Part shown: positions 46,866 to 57,291 of the stretch, piece after piece
Position numbering within the stretch: position 1 is the stretch's first letter
Layout: every line of letters begins with the position of its first letter
From: Escherichia coli
GTDB taxonomy: Bacteria; Pseudomonadota; Gammaproteobacteria; Enterobacterales; Enterobacteriaceae
Assembly: GCF_024502345.1 (NCBI RefSeq)
Contig: NZ_JALDNN010000001.1
DNA length: 64,000 bases
Direction: 5' to 3' (one strand)
Translations under genes and position numbers: made by a program
Notes under the pieces: model-generated
Seen by the model: the letters and a program-made list of their open reading frames with translations, nothing else
What the model was told of the DNA's origin: nothing
Databases searched by the model: none

Positions 46866-47507
46866 TTGTATCAGGATAAAATTCTTGTCCGCCAGCTCGG
46901 TCTTCAGCCTTACGAGCCAATCTCCCAGGCTATGCATGAATTCACCGATACCCGCGATGATAGTACCCTTGATGAAATCTGGCTGGTCGAGCACTATCCG
47001 GTATTCACCCAAGGGCAGGCAGGAAAAGCGGAGCACATTTTAATGCCGGGTGATATTCCGGTGATCCAGAGCGATCGCGGTGGACAGGTGACTTATCACG
47101 GGCCGGGGCAACAGGTGATGTATGTGTTGCTTAACCTGAAACGCCGTAAACTCGGTGTGCGTGAACTGGTGACCTTGCTTGAGCAAACAGTGGTGAATAC
47201 CCTGGCTGAACTGGGTATAGAAGCGCATCCTCGGGCTGACGCGCCAGGTGTCTATGTCGGGGAAAAGAAAATTTGCTCACTGGGTTTACGTATTCGACGC
47301 GGTTGTTCATTCCACGGTCTGGCATTAAACGTCAATATGGATCTTTCACCATTTTTACGTATTAATCCTTGTGGGTATGCCGGAATGGAAATGGCTAAAA
47401 TATCACAATGGAAACCCGAAGCGACGACTAATAATATTGCACCACGTTTACTGGAAAATATTTTAGCGCTACTAAACAATCCTGACTTCGAATATATTAG
47501 CGCTTAA
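46866..47507 (+). CDS. lipB: Octanoyltransferase LipB
   Basis: 213 aa; TTG start. Confidence 0.93.
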   Translation: MYQDKILVRQLGLQPYEPISQAMHEFTDTRDDSTLDEIWLVEHYPVFTQGQAGKAEHILMPGDIPVIQSDRGGQVTYHGPGQQVMYVLLNLKRRKLGVRELVTLLEQTVVNTLAELGIEAHPRADAPGVYVGEKKICSLGLRIRRGCSFHGLALNVNMDLSPFLRINPCGYAGMEMAKISQWKPEATTNNIAPRLLENILALLNNPDFEYISA

Positions 47508-47766
47508 TTCCATACATCAATGGCCCAATTTACACTGGGTCATTACTCATAATACCTGCTAATGCTTTACATCTCCTTCGCGTTTGTATATTTTCTTTAT
47601 CACTTGCAGAAATGCGATGCTACGCCTTGCTCCGTAACTCACCCCATTGATTAACTTATTGAAATAGTTGATTATGGTGAGCAAAAGCGTTCCGTTCCAA
47701 TTAGACATAAGATTATTGTAATTTTTTTAAATATTATTTTTCCATGAATAAAATTGGAGTAAGTGC

Positions 47767-48720
47767 GTGGATAGTAATAATCAAATCGAACCCTGTTTAA
47801 GCAGAAAGTCGTCAGAAGGTAAACCACAAATATTTACAACCTTACGAAATATTGATCTTAACCTTCTGACTATTTTTGAAGCTGTATATGTACATAAAGG
47901 GATCGTTAATGCAGCGAAAGTGCTTAATCTGACCCCCTCGGCAATCAGTCAGTCTATTCAGAAACTGCGCGTTATATTCCCTGACCCATTGTTTATTCGC
48001 AAAGGCCAGGGTGTCACTCCTACCGCATTTGCGATGCATCTACATGAGTATATCAGTCAGGGCCTTGAGTCCATTCTTGGCGCGCTGGATATCGAAGGAA
48101 GCTATGATAAGCAACGAACGATAACTATTGCGACCACCCCCTCGGTCGGAGCCCTGGTCCTTCCTGTCATTTATCGGGCGATTAAAACTCACTATCCGCA
48201 GCTTTTACTGCGCAACCCGCCCATCAGCGACGCGGAAAACCAACTCAGTCAGTTTCAAACCGATCTCATCATCGATAACATGTTTTGCACCAATCGTACG
48301 GTGCAACATCATGTTCTGTTCACCGACAATATGGTGTTAATTTGCCGCGAGGGAAATCCACTACTCTCTTTAGAAGATGACAGAGAGACTATCGACAACG
48401 CTGCACATGTACTCCTGTTACCGGAAGGACAAAATTTCAGCGGTCTGCGGCAGAGAATTCAAGAGATGTTTCCGGACCGGCAGATCAGCTTCACCAGCTA
48501 CAACATTTTGACAATAGCTGCACTGGTTGCCAACAGTGACATGTTAGCGATTATTCCCAGCCGTTTTTATAACCTGTTTAGCCGTTGCTGGCCGCTGGAA
48601 AAACTGCCTTTTCCGTCCTTAAATGAGGAGCAAATAGATTTCTCTATCCACTACAACAAATTCAGCCTGCGTGATCCCATCCTGCACGGAGTAATAGATG
48701 TTATCCGTAATGCATTTTGA
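47767..48720 (+). CDS. ybeF: LysR-family transcriptional regulator YbeF
   Basis: 317 aa; N-terminal HTH followed by LysR substrate-binding domain. Confidence 0.85.
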   Translation: MDSNNQIEPCLSRKSSEGKPQIFTTLRNIDLNLLTIFEAVYVHKGIVNAAKVLNLTPSAISQSIQKLRVIFPDPLFIRKGQGVTPTAFAMHLHEYISQGLESILGALDIEGSYDKQRTITIATTPSVGALVLPVIYRAIKTHYPQLLLRNPPISDAENQLSQFQTDLIIDNMFCTNRTVQHHVLFTDNMVLICREGNPLLSLEDDRETIDNAAHVLLLPEGQNFSGLRQRIQEMFPDRQISFTSYNILTIAALVANSDMLAIIPSRFYNLFSRCWPLEKLPFPSLNEEQIDFSIHYNKFSLRDPILHGVIDVIRNAF

Positions 48721-48928
48721 AAAAGTATTGTTACAGCCAGATCACAGCGCAGAACGATAAAATGGCACAATCCAACAACAATTTTACATTTTCGCGACCG
48801 CTTTGGCTGCTTTCAGGTCCGTTTCAATGATATACTGCCAGTCGTTAATTCAAAAATAGTTGATAATTACAACAATCTATTGAATTGAAACGCTTTCCTT
48901 CGTAATTCGCAACTGGAACACGCACGCT

Positions 48929-49894
48929 ATGAGTAAACCCATTGTGATGGAACGCGGTGTAAAATACCGCGATGCCGATAAGATGGCCCTTATCCCGGTT
49001 AAAAACGTGGCAACAGAGCGCGAAGCCCTGCTGCGCAAGCCGGAATGGATGAAAATCAAGCTTCCAGCGGACTCTACACGTATCCAGGGCATCAAAGCCG
49101 CAATGCGCAAAAATGGCCTGCATTCTGTCTGCGAGGAAGCCTCCTGCCCTAACCTGGCGGAATGCTTCAACCAAGGCACAGCAACGTTTATGATCCTCGG
49201 CGCTATTTGTACCCGCCGTTGTCCGTTCTGTGACGTTGCCCACGGTCGCCCGGTAGCTCCTGATGCCAATGAACCAGTGAAACTGGCGCAGACCATTGCC
49301 GATATGGCGCTGCGTTATGTGGTTATCACCTCCGTTGACCGTGATGACCTGCGCGATGGCGGTGCCCAGCACTTTGCGGATTGCATTACTGCCATTCGGG
49401 AAAAAAGCCCGCAAATCAAAATTGAAACTCTGGTGCCGGATTTCCGCGGTCGTATGGATCGTGCTCTGGATATTCTGACTGCAACGCCACCAGATGTGTT
49501 CAACCATAACCTGGAAAACGTACCGCGTATTTACCGTCAGGTACGGCCTGGTGCAGATTACAACTGGTCGCTGAAGCTGCTGGAACGCTTTAAAGAAGCG
49601 CATCCGGAAATCCCGACCAAGTCTGGTCTGATGGTGGGTCTGGGTGAAACCAATGAAGAAATTATTGAGGTAATGCGCGACCTGCGCCGTCATGGTGTGA
49701 CGATGTTAACGCTGGGGCAATATTTGCAGCCAAGCCGCCATCACCTGCCGGTTCAACGTTACGTTAGCCCGGATGAGTTCGACGAAATGAAAGCCGAAGC
49801 GCTGGCGATGGGCTTTACCCATGCTGCATGCGGTCCGTTTGTCCGCTCTTCTTACCACGCCGATTTGCAGGCGAAAGGGATGGAAGTTAAGTAA
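48929..49894 (+). CDS. lipA: Lipoyl synthase (radical SAM)
   Basis: 321 aa; CTRRCPFC and CxxxxCxxxxxC cluster motifs. Confidence 0.96.
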   Translation: MSKPIVMERGVKYRDADKMALIPVKNVATEREALLRKPEWMKIKLPADSTRIQGIKAAMRKNGLHSVCEEASCPNLAECFNQGTATFMILGAICTRRCPFCDVAHGRPVAPDANEPVKLAQTIADMALRYVVITSVDRDDLRDGGAQHFADCITAIREKSPQIKIETLVPDFRGRMDRALDILTATPPDVFNHNLENVPRIYRQVRPGADYNWSLKLLERFKEAHPEIPTKSGLMVGLGETNEEIIEVMRDLRRHGVTMLTLGQYLQPSRHHLPVQRYVSPDEFDEMKAEALAMGFTHAACGPFVRSSYHADLQAKGMEVK

Positions 49895-49924
49895 ACCTGT
49901 AATAATTACTTACATCTGTCTGAT

Positions 49925-49954
49925 AAAAAACCCGCTTTTTGAAGCGGGTTTTTT
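49925..49954. terminator. Bidirectional intrinsic terminator between lipA and tatE
   Basis: aaaaaacccgc-tttttgaa-gcgggtttttt. Confidence 0.85.
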
Positions 49955-49994
49955 GTATCGAACAAGATATTGAGGGAGCGTCCTGCTCGCCACG

Positions 49995-50198
49995 TCACTC
50001 TTTATGAGAGAGCTTTTCAGCCTGAAGATCAACGTCTGCGCCTTTTTTCGCCGCAGCATCGTCATCATTCATCGCCTTCTTGAACCCTTTAATGGCCGCT
50101 CCAAGGTCTCCGCCCAGCGTACGTAACTTCTTAGTCCCAAACAGCAGAACGACCAGCGCCGCAACTACCAGCAGTTTGGTAATACTAATCTCACCCAT
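49995..50198 (-). CDS. tatE: Sec-independent translocase component TatE
   Basis: 67 aa; N-terminal TM helix plus amphipathic helix. Confidence 0.92.
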   Translation of the reverse strand: MGEISITKLLVVAALVVLLFGTKKLRTLGGDLGAAIKGFKKAMNDDDAAAKKGADVDLQAEKLSHKE

Positions 50199-50326
50199 AG
50201 ATACCTTCTTGACATATAACCGGCAACAGAACGCGCCTTAAAAACCAGAGAATATTAACGGTCATTCGACGCGCGCACACAATAGCAATCTGTAACAAGG
50301 TGAATCAAGCGCCGAGTAAAAAAACA

Positions 50327-51121
50327 TCATAATAATTGCGGCGACGCAAAGCGACGGTTGTTTAAGACGGGCAGTTGCGCGCGCACCTGACGCACACGTT
50401 CGGGCGTCACTTCCGCCATAATGAGTGCAGGCATTTCTGACGCTGCCGCAATGGTGACGCCAAAGGGATCTATAATCCGGCTTTGCCCGATATTTTTGTT
50501 CCCGCACTCCCCCGCCGCCACCATATAACAGGTGGTATCCAGCGCACGAGCGGCAAGCAACGTTGACCAGTGATGCTCTTTGAGCGGCCCGCGAACCCAG
50601 GCGGCAGGAAGCACCAGGATTTCAGCTCCCTGTAATGCCTGTGCCAGCGCCAGCTCTGGAAAGCGTAAGTCATAACAGGTCATCAGACCGACCTTCATCC
50701 CTTCCACCTCCAGTAACGGAGCTATTTCATTACCAGCATCAACATGGCGTGATTCCTGAATGGCAAATGCATCATAGAGATGCAGTTTGGCATAACGGGC
50801 GACAATGTTTCCTGCCTGTAGCGCCACCAGCATATTCCATGCGCGCCCCGGCGTTGAAGGAACATGAATCGTCAGAATTGTCGTCATCATGTTACGTTTA
50901 CTTTCTCGCCGTAAACGTCCGAGGAATTCGCCTTCCAGCAGCTGTGCTGATTTAACCGATAGATCTGCATCATGATCATCGCGTGCCAGCAATGCTTCCG
51001 GCAGGACAAACAGCGATACGTCGTTTTCCGCCGCCTGCGCCATCAACGAGGCACAAATCTCAGCGTTCTTTTCCCACACAGATGTAACAGCAAACTGTCC
51101 TGCAGCAACCAGCATTGCCAC
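50327..51121 (-). CDS. ybeM: Carbon-nitrogen hydrolase (nitrilase superfamily) YbeM, apparently intact
   Basis: 264-aa uninterrupted ORF (start may be 2 codons downstream); GECGNKNIG around the expected catalytic Cys. Confidence 0.8.
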   Translation of the reverse strand: MAMLVAAGQFAVTSVWEKNAEICASLMAQAAENDVSLFVLPEALLARDDHDADLSVKSAQLLEGEFLGRLRRESKRNMMTTILTIHVPSTPGRAWNMLVALQAGNIVARYAKLHLYDAFAIQESRHVDAGNEIAPLLEVEGMKVGLMTCYDLRFPELALAQALQGAEILVLPAAWVRGPLKEHHWSTLLAARALDTTCYMVAAGECGNKNIGQSRIIDPFGVTIAAASEMPALIMAEVTPERVRQVRAQLPVLNNRRFASPQLL

Positions 51122-51207
51122 CTCCTGTCAGAGTCGTAAAATTCGCCAACGACGATTATTCGGCGTTACACTTATCACTCATACAAATCAAATAGCAGGA
51201 TTTTGCA

Positions 51208-51591
51208 GTGTTACAACTTCTTTTAGCAGTTTTTATTGGCGGTGGTACAGGAAGCGTGGCGAGATGGCTGTTAAGTATGCGATTTAACCCGCTGCATCAG
51301 GCGATTCCGTTGGGGACGCTGGCAGCAAACCTGATTGGGGCATTCATCATAGGAATGGGATTCGCCTGGTTCAGCAGGATGACGAACATTGATCCAGTGT
51401 GGAAAGTATTAATCACCACCGGATTTTGTGGCGGTCTAACAACCTTCTCAACATTTTCGGCAGAAGTGGTGTTTTTGTTACAAGAGGGCCGCTTTGGCTG
51501 GGCGTTACTGAACGTTTTCGTCAACCTTCTGGGGTCTTTTGCCATGACAGCACTGGCTTTCTGGCTGTTTTCGGCCTCAACCGCACACTAA
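51208..51591 (+). CDS. crcB: Fluoride export channel CrcB/Fluc
   Basis: 127 aa; four TM helices; TTG start. Confidence 0.9.
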
Positions 51592-51596
51592 AGACC

Positions 51597-51626
51597 AAAA
51601 AAAAACCCGCTGATTAAGCGGGTTTT
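51597..51626. terminator. Bidirectional intrinsic terminator between crcB and cspE
   Basis: aaaaaaaaacccgc-tgattaa-gcgggtttt. Confidence 0.8.
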
Positions 51627-51645
51627 GAATTCTTGCTGACGTATC

Positions 51646-51855
51646 TTACAGAGCGATTACGTTTGCAGCAGAAGGGCCTTTGGCACCGTTAGTGATTTCG
51701 AACTCTACGCGCTGACCTTCAGCAAGAGTTTTAAAACCATTAGTCTGGATTGCAGAGAAGTGTACGAACACGTCTTTGCTGCCGTCTTCCGGAGTAATGA
51801 AACCGAATCCTTTGGACTCATTAAACCACTTAACGTTACCTTTAATCTTAGACAT
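51646..51855 (-). CDS. cspE: Cold-shock-domain protein CspE
   Basis: 69 aa from internal Met; KGFGFI (RNP1) and VFVHF (RNP2) motifs. Confidence 0.95.
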
Positions 51856-52029
51856 CAAAATTACCTTTACATGAAAAATAGACACAAATGCTGTGTCGGT
51901 TACCAGTACACCAATTGTGGTACGCTTTGTCCAGTGCAACTTTACTAAAAAGTGATAAAAGTCGCGTTATTTTTGATGTTACTTATTTTAGCTATTGATT
52001 TTAAAGAAGTTACTAAAACTTCATTTGTC

Positions 52030-52590
52030 TCAAAACTGAAAGCGCATCCAGGCAAAGTACACATTGCCATTGTTGTAGGTACCCGGAATGTAGGTCATCT
52101 GAAAAGTCACTGGGCCATAACCCACGGAGGCCAATGGCAGTAGAACCGGGAGAGGGATGTAATTCCAGTTATCGCGTGCCGTTACGCCAGCGGTGAATCC
52201 CAGACCTAAATGAAAATTTTCATCCGCCAGCGGTCGCCAGGTACTTTCCCATCCGTATCCGGCAATCGGTTCCCATTTGTTCCACGAGTCCTTAAATGCC
52301 ATGGCATACAGGCCATGCCAGTTTCCTTTTTCATCCCAACGCGACAGGCCAAAACCGCCACCCCACGGTCGCTCGTTATAGCGATCGGTTTTTTCTTTGT
52401 CGTAAGCGAAACGTGCATGCCAGGTGATGGCAGGAATATATAAATCATAATGTTCAGGCTGTTGCCAGGTTTGTGCAATATTTTCTCTAAACGTTGTCAT
52501 CCACTCATCTGCGTTAGCAAAAACTTTACCAACGCTGATTAACTGAATAAAAACAAAGGAAAAGATAGCGACATATTTACTCACGTTCAT
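52030..52590 (-). CDS. pagP: Lipid A palmitoyltransferase PagP
   Basis: 186 aa from internal Met; signal peptide; small beta-barrel. Confidence 0.92.
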   Translation of the reverse strand: MNVSKYVAIFSFVFIQLISVGKVFANADEWMTTFRENIAQTWQQPEHYDLYIPAITWHARFAYDKEKTDRYNERPWGGGFGLSRWDEKGNWHGLYAMAFKDSWNKWEPIAGYGWESTWRPLADENFHLGLGFTAGVTARDNWNYIPLPVLLPLASVGYGPVTFQMTYIPGTYNNGNVYFAWMRFQF

Positions 52591-53075
52591 TTGTGACCAT
52601 AAAACATTTATCAAAAATCTACTACTAGCATAGCAAAGCTACAATTAACATAACCTTAATAGACCCAACATAAAGAATAATCTGAATAGCTGCTCTATTT
52701 ATTTCCGCTTGTTCAAGTTAAATATTTCCGCGCATCGATTAAAGATGATGCGTCGTTTTCTGCGATGGGAATAGTCAAAAAAGAAAAACCAAGTCTTTTT
52801 TGATGACAAAATGCAATCAAGGAAAAATTATTTTATTTTTTAACTAGATACAACAATCATCTTAACGAAGTATATAATATAAATCGTCAACCTATGCTCA
52901 TGTTAGATTATTTTTTGAGCGCACAGCCGCAGCTAACACCATTGCAATTAACAAATTTGCATCAATCCACCATCAATTTACACACATTATTATGTGATAA
53001 TTGCCAACCGCTAAATATGCGTTTTGTTATCTATGTATAAAAACAGCAACTTCAATGTCTTAATGGCAGTTTTTC

Positions 53076-53089
53076 TTGATTTTAATCAG
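53076..53089. promoter_or_regulatory. FNR-like binding site upstream of dcuC
   Basis: TTGATtttaATCAg matches TTGAT-N4-ATCAA at 9/10 positions, ~90 bp upstream of dcuC ATG; dcuC is anaerobically induced. Confidence 0.4.
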
Positions 53090-53178
53090 CATTCATCGCC
53101 AATTTATTGGGCATATTTTTTCCTTAAGCTTTAGGAATTTTTTATTATTTACTTTGGGGCCTGGAGACAGGAAAAATT

Positions 53179-54564
53179 ATGCTGACATTCATTGAACTCC
53201 TTATTGGGGTTGTGGTTATTGTGGGTGTAGCTCGCTACATCATTAAAGGGTATTCCGCCACTGGTGTGTTATTTGTCGGTGGCCTGTTATTGCTGATTAT
53301 CAGTGCCATTATGGGGCACAAAGTGTTACCGTCCAGCCAGGCTTCAACAGGCTACAGCGCCACGGATATCGTTGAATACGTTAAAATATTACTAATGAGC
53401 CGCGGCGGCGACCTCGGCATGATGATTATGATGCTGTGTGGATTTGCCGCTTACATGACCCATATCGGCGCGAATGATATGGTGGTCAAGCTGGCGTCAA
53501 AACCATTGCAGTATATTAACTCCCCTTACCTGCTGATGATTGCCGCCTATTTTGTCGCCTGTCTGATGTCTCTGGCCGTCTCTTCCGCAACCGGTCTGGG
53601 TGTTTTGCTGATGGCAACCCTATTTCCGGTGATGGTAAACGTTGGTATCAGTCGTGGCGCAGCTGCTGCCATTTGTGCCTCCCCGGCGGCGATTATTCTC
53701 GCACCGACTTCAGGGGATGTGGTGCTGGCGGCGCAAGCTTCCGAAATGTCGCTGATTGACTTCGCCTTCAAAACGACGCTGCCTATCTCAATTGCTGCAA
53801 TTATCGGCATGGCGATCGCCCACTTCTTCTGGCAACGTTATCTGGATAAAAAAGAGCACATCTCTCATGAAATGTTAGATGTCAGTGAAATCACCACCAC
53901 TGCTCCTGCGTTTTATGCCATTTTGCCGTTCACGCCGATCATCGGTGTACTGATTTTTGACGGTAAATGGGGTCCGCAATTACACATCATCACTATTCTG
54001 GTGATTTGTATGCTGATTGCCTCCATTCTGGAGTTCCTCCGCAGCTTTAATACCCAGAAAGTTTTCTCTGGTCTGGAAGTGGCTTATCGCGGAATGGCAG
54101 ATGCGTTTGCTAACGTGGTGATGCTGCTGGTTGCCGCTGGGGTATTCGCTCAGGGGCTTAGCACCATCGGCTTTATTCAAAGTCTGATTTCTATCGCTAC
54201 CTCGTTTGGTTCGGCGAGTATCATCCTGATGCTGGTATTGGTGATTCTGACCATGCTGGCGGCAGTCACGACCGGTTCAGGCAATGCGCCGTTTTATGCG
54301 TTTGTTGAGATGATCCCGAAACTGGCGCACTCTTCCGGCATTAACCCGGCGTATTTGACTATCCCGATGCTGCAGGCGTCAAACCTGGGCCGTACCCTTT
54401 CGCCCGTTTCTGGCGTAGTCGTTGCGGTTGCCGGGATGGCGAAGATCTCGCCGTTTGAAGTCGTAAAACGCACCTCGGTACCGGTGCTTGTTGGTTTGGT
54501 GATTGTTATCGTTGCTACAGAGCTGATGGTGCCAGGAACGGCAGCAGCGGTCACAGGCAAGTAA
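53179..54564 (+). CDS. dcuC: Anaerobic C4-dicarboxylate transporter DcuC
   Basis: 461 aa; polytopic membrane protein; uninterrupted. Confidence 0.93.
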   Translation: MLTFIELLIGVVVIVGVARYIIKGYSATGVLFVGGLLLLIISAIMGHKVLPSSQASTGYSATDIVEYVKILLMSRGGDLGMMIMMLCGFAAYMTHIGANDMVVKLASKPLQYINSPYLLMIAAYFVACLMSLAVSSATGLGVLLMATLFPVMVNVGISRGAAAAICASPAAIILAPTSGDVVLAAQASEMSLIDFAFKTTLPISIAAIIGMAIAHFFWQRYLDKKEHISHEMLDVSEITTTAPAFYAILPFTPIIGVLIFDGKWGPQLHIITILVICMLIASILEFLRSFNTQKVFSGLEVAYRGMADAFANVVMLLVAAGVFAQGLSTIGFIQSLISIATSFGSASIILMLVLVILTMLAAVTTGSGNAPFYAFVEMIPKLAHSSGINPAYLTIPMLQASNLGRTLSPVSGVVVAVAGMAKISPFEVVKRTSVPVLVGLVIVIVATELMVPGTAAAVTGK

Positions 54565-54604
54565 ATAGTAATGCCGGAGGCAAGTTTCCTCCGGCTTTAT
54601 CATG

Positions 54605-55285
54605 TCACCCACTGTGGTATATGCGTTGTGGTCTGCCAACTTTGCCGTGAACAATTTCAGCAATAATCAGATGGCGGCTGGCGCAATATTCAAGATAACG
54701 CCTGGCAGTGGTGCGACTGATGGTCAGTGCCTGCGCCACCGTTTCTGCCGTATGTTGCACACCAGGCTCTTTAAACAGTTTTCGCACCGCGTTTAGCGTC
54801 AAGGGATCAATGCCGGTCGGCAGTTCGTCTTTAGGTTCACCGCGAGCATAGGCATTAAACATCTCATCAATTTGCTTCTGGCTGGCGCTATCAATACTTT
54901 CCAGCATATGTTTACGCTGGCGGAAACGGGTTAGCGTTTGCCCCAGCCGTTCATAGGCAATGGGCTTAATGAGATAATCAAATACACCACAACGTACGGC
55001 TTCAGACACCGTTTCCATATCGCTGGCTGCAGTGGTAAACACCACGTCGCCGGGATAATGCGCCTGCACCAGTTCATGCAATAAATTAATCCCTCTGCCG
55101 TCAGGAAGATAGTTATCGAGCAAGATTAGCCCCGGCTTAAAACGCTCGATCATCATTCGGGCCTGCGCCAGGTTTCCCGCCAGTAATATCTGACTGAATC
55201 CGGGAATGTGACGAATATATTCCGCATGCATCTCTGCCAGCGGCGTTTCGTCCTCAACGATCAATAGGGTTAATGGAGCTGTCAT
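54605..55285 (-). CDS. dpiA: Response regulator DpiA (CitB)
   Basis: 226 aa; receiver domain plus C-terminal HTH. Confidence 0.93.
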   Translation of the reverse strand: MTAPLTLLIVEDETPLAEMHAEYIRHIPGFSQILLAGNLAQARMMIERFKPGLILLDNYLPDGRGINLLHELVQAHYPGDVVFTTAASDMETVSEAVRCGVFDYLIKPIAYERLGQTLTRFRQRKHMLESIDSASQKQIDEMFNAYARGEPKDELPTGIDPLTLNAVRKLFKEPGVQHTAETVAQALTISRTTARRYLEYCASRHLIIAEIVHGKVGRPQRIYHSG

Positions 55286-56912
55286 TAGGTTTCACTTTCG
55301 GAATATAGATTGAAAATAAGGTACCGCAGGGATCATTATCTTCGAGAGTGATAACACCACCGCAGCGCGTTACATAGCTGGCAATCAAGTACAACCCAAT
55401 GCCATGTTCACCGGGCTCGTCAGCACGCGTACTGACCCCCTGCTCAAATATTTTGTCTCGTAGAGACTCTGGAACGCCGCAGCCCTGATCGGCGACTTCA
55501 ATCACCACATCATCGCCTTCATCGCTGAGGAATAATTCAACGATCTTGTTTCCTTCATCGCTACGCAGGCTGGCTTCGAAGGCGTTATCAAGTAAATTTC
55601 CCACAATGGCGGCAAACTCGGTGCTATCCAGTCCTGGCGGCAGTTGCGAAAGCTGGCTACCGGGGACGATGATCATTTTTAGCCCCAGTTCGCGGGCGCG
55701 CTGAACTTTACCAAAAAGCAGCCCCGCCACCTGGCGATCGGCAAACGCCTCGCGCAGGCTGTCAATAAGCTGTTGCTGGGCCTGAGACTCCCCCTGCACC
55801 ATCGCCAGCACGCGATCATACTCTTTCATCTGCAACAGACCATTGAGCGTCGACATCCAATTGAGATGCTCGTGTCGCAATGTACGAAGGCTCTCGACGT
55901 ATTGTTTTATTTGCGTCAGTTGCGCATTGAGGGTGGAAATTTCGTCTTTACTACGAAAGCTGATAATGGCCCCCAGCAAATCATCACCTGAACGAATAGC
56001 TTCCCGATTGGCAATAACGCTCAGACCGTTAAAGTTAGCCACCACATCCTGACGTTTTTCATCAATCTGTTCGGTAAAGAAATCGGCGGGCCTGACCACT
56101 TCAGCAATGGGTTTACCCAACCATTGCCGTCCGGGGGAACTCAGCCCCAGCATCTTTCTTGCGTTACGATTGATGGCGGTAATGTAACCGTGCGGATCCA
56201 CCGCAATCAGCCCTTCATAAACCGAACTAAACAGCGCCTCTTGCTGACGGACCACGCGTGCGATTTGCTTTGGCTCCATGCCCATCATCTGCCGACGGAT
56301 ATGCGCGGCCAGGAACCACGACAGCAACATCAGAATCCCTAACAGCACGACAAACACACCTGCCATCGGTAATAAAAACTCAGCCCGCCAGCTATCGATT
56401 TTACTCACCAGGTAGCCAATCGACACCACGCCGATGACTTTTCCATCGTCATCAAAGATTGGCGTTTTGGCGCGCATCGCCATACCCATTGACCCTTTCC
56501 CGGTAATGAAGTAGCTCTCCCCTTTCTCCAGCGCGCCCTGTTTGGTGAACTGCATAGGATAACCAATTTTCTCCGGATTAGGATGGTAAAGGCGGATCGA
56601 GTGCCGGTCGCCAATCACCACATAATCAAAATCGGTATCTCTTTGTAATTTGTTAGCGATGGTCGCCAGCCGTTTGTAGTCACGCGTTTTTACTGCGCTG
56701 ATGATACTGTCATTGGAGGCAATAATTTTCGCCTGATTCATTGCCATGTCGCGTACATGAAGCGTTAAATAGTCCTCAAAACTGGCCGTAAAATATTGCG
56801 CCAGGGCTGCAATGACAAATATTGAGAACACCAGAATCAGCAAAAAGATACGCAGCGGAAATGCCAGTCTTTGGAAAAATGCAAACTGTTTATTCTCGTT
56901 AAGCTGCAACAT
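55254..56912 (-). CDS. dpiB: Sensor histidine kinase DpiB (CitA)
   Basis: 552 aa from internal Met (MLQLNENKQFAFF...); periplasmic PAS-like sensor, H-box, HATPase; 3' end overlaps dpiA by 32 nt. Confidence 0.93.
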   Translation of the reverse strand: MLQLNENKQFAFFQRLAFPLRIFLLILVFSIFVIAALAQYFTASFEDYLTLHVRDMAMNQAKIIASNDSIISAVKTRDYKRLATIANKLQRDTDFDYVVIGDRHSIRLYHPNPEKIGYPMQFTKQGALEKGESYFITGKGSMGMAMRAKTPIFDDDGKVIGVVSIGYLVSKIDSWRAEFLLPMAGVFVVLLGILMLLSWFLAAHIRRQMMGMEPKQIARVVRQQEALFSSVYEGLIAVDPHGYITAINRNARKMLGLSSPGRQWLGKPIAEVVRPADFFTEQIDEKRQDVVANFNGLSVIANREAIRSGDDLLGAIISFRSKDEISTLNAQLTQIKQYVESLRTLRHEHLNWMSTLNGLLQMKEYDRVLAMVQGESQAQQQLIDSLREAFADRQVAGLLFGKVQRARELGLKMIIVPGSQLSQLPPGLDSTEFAAIVGNLLDNAFEASLRSDEGNKIVELFLSDEGDDVVIEVADQGCGVPESLRDKIFEQGVSTRADEPGEHGIGLYLIASYVTRCGGVITLEDNDPCGTLFSIYIPKVKPNDSSINPIDR

Positions 56913-57291
56913 TGTTTTCCTTGCGGGTTGTCCCGAGCCTCTTTGACGGATGTAATTAAAATGTTGAATCAAAATACATAGATATTAATTATAATCGTGG
57001 CAAATTTTATTCATTAAATCAATTAAATCACTTAAACCTGCGGGTCATTTCGTAATTACATTAATTAAAAAACTTAAAACCATTAAATAAATAAAAAACC
57101 ACTAACTCTATGTGAAATAAATCAAAATTTCACGCCGAAATACTCCTTAGGATGTATAGCGAAAGGAGAAAAAGATATACCTCAATCACCCCCCTTTCTC
57201 CCAAGTGAAAATAAAAGGTTATCAGTTTGCAACATTGAACAACATTCGTTGCAAATCGATAACAACATGCACCTTCAGGATACTATTTATT

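Noticed and set aside
51122-51207. Possible fluoride riboswitch upstream of crcB
   Set aside because: The 86-bp ybeM-crcB spacer shows only a weak 4-bp stem (cgcc...ggcg) and none of the conserved crcB-motif elements I can recall. I believe E. coli crcB lacks the riboswitch, and the spacer must also hold divergent promoters.
52591-52700. PhoP box upstream of pagP
   Set aside because: Only loose TGTT/TTTA fragments are present; there is no clean direct repeat of (T/G)GTTTA with 5-nt spacing. It needs a matrix scan.
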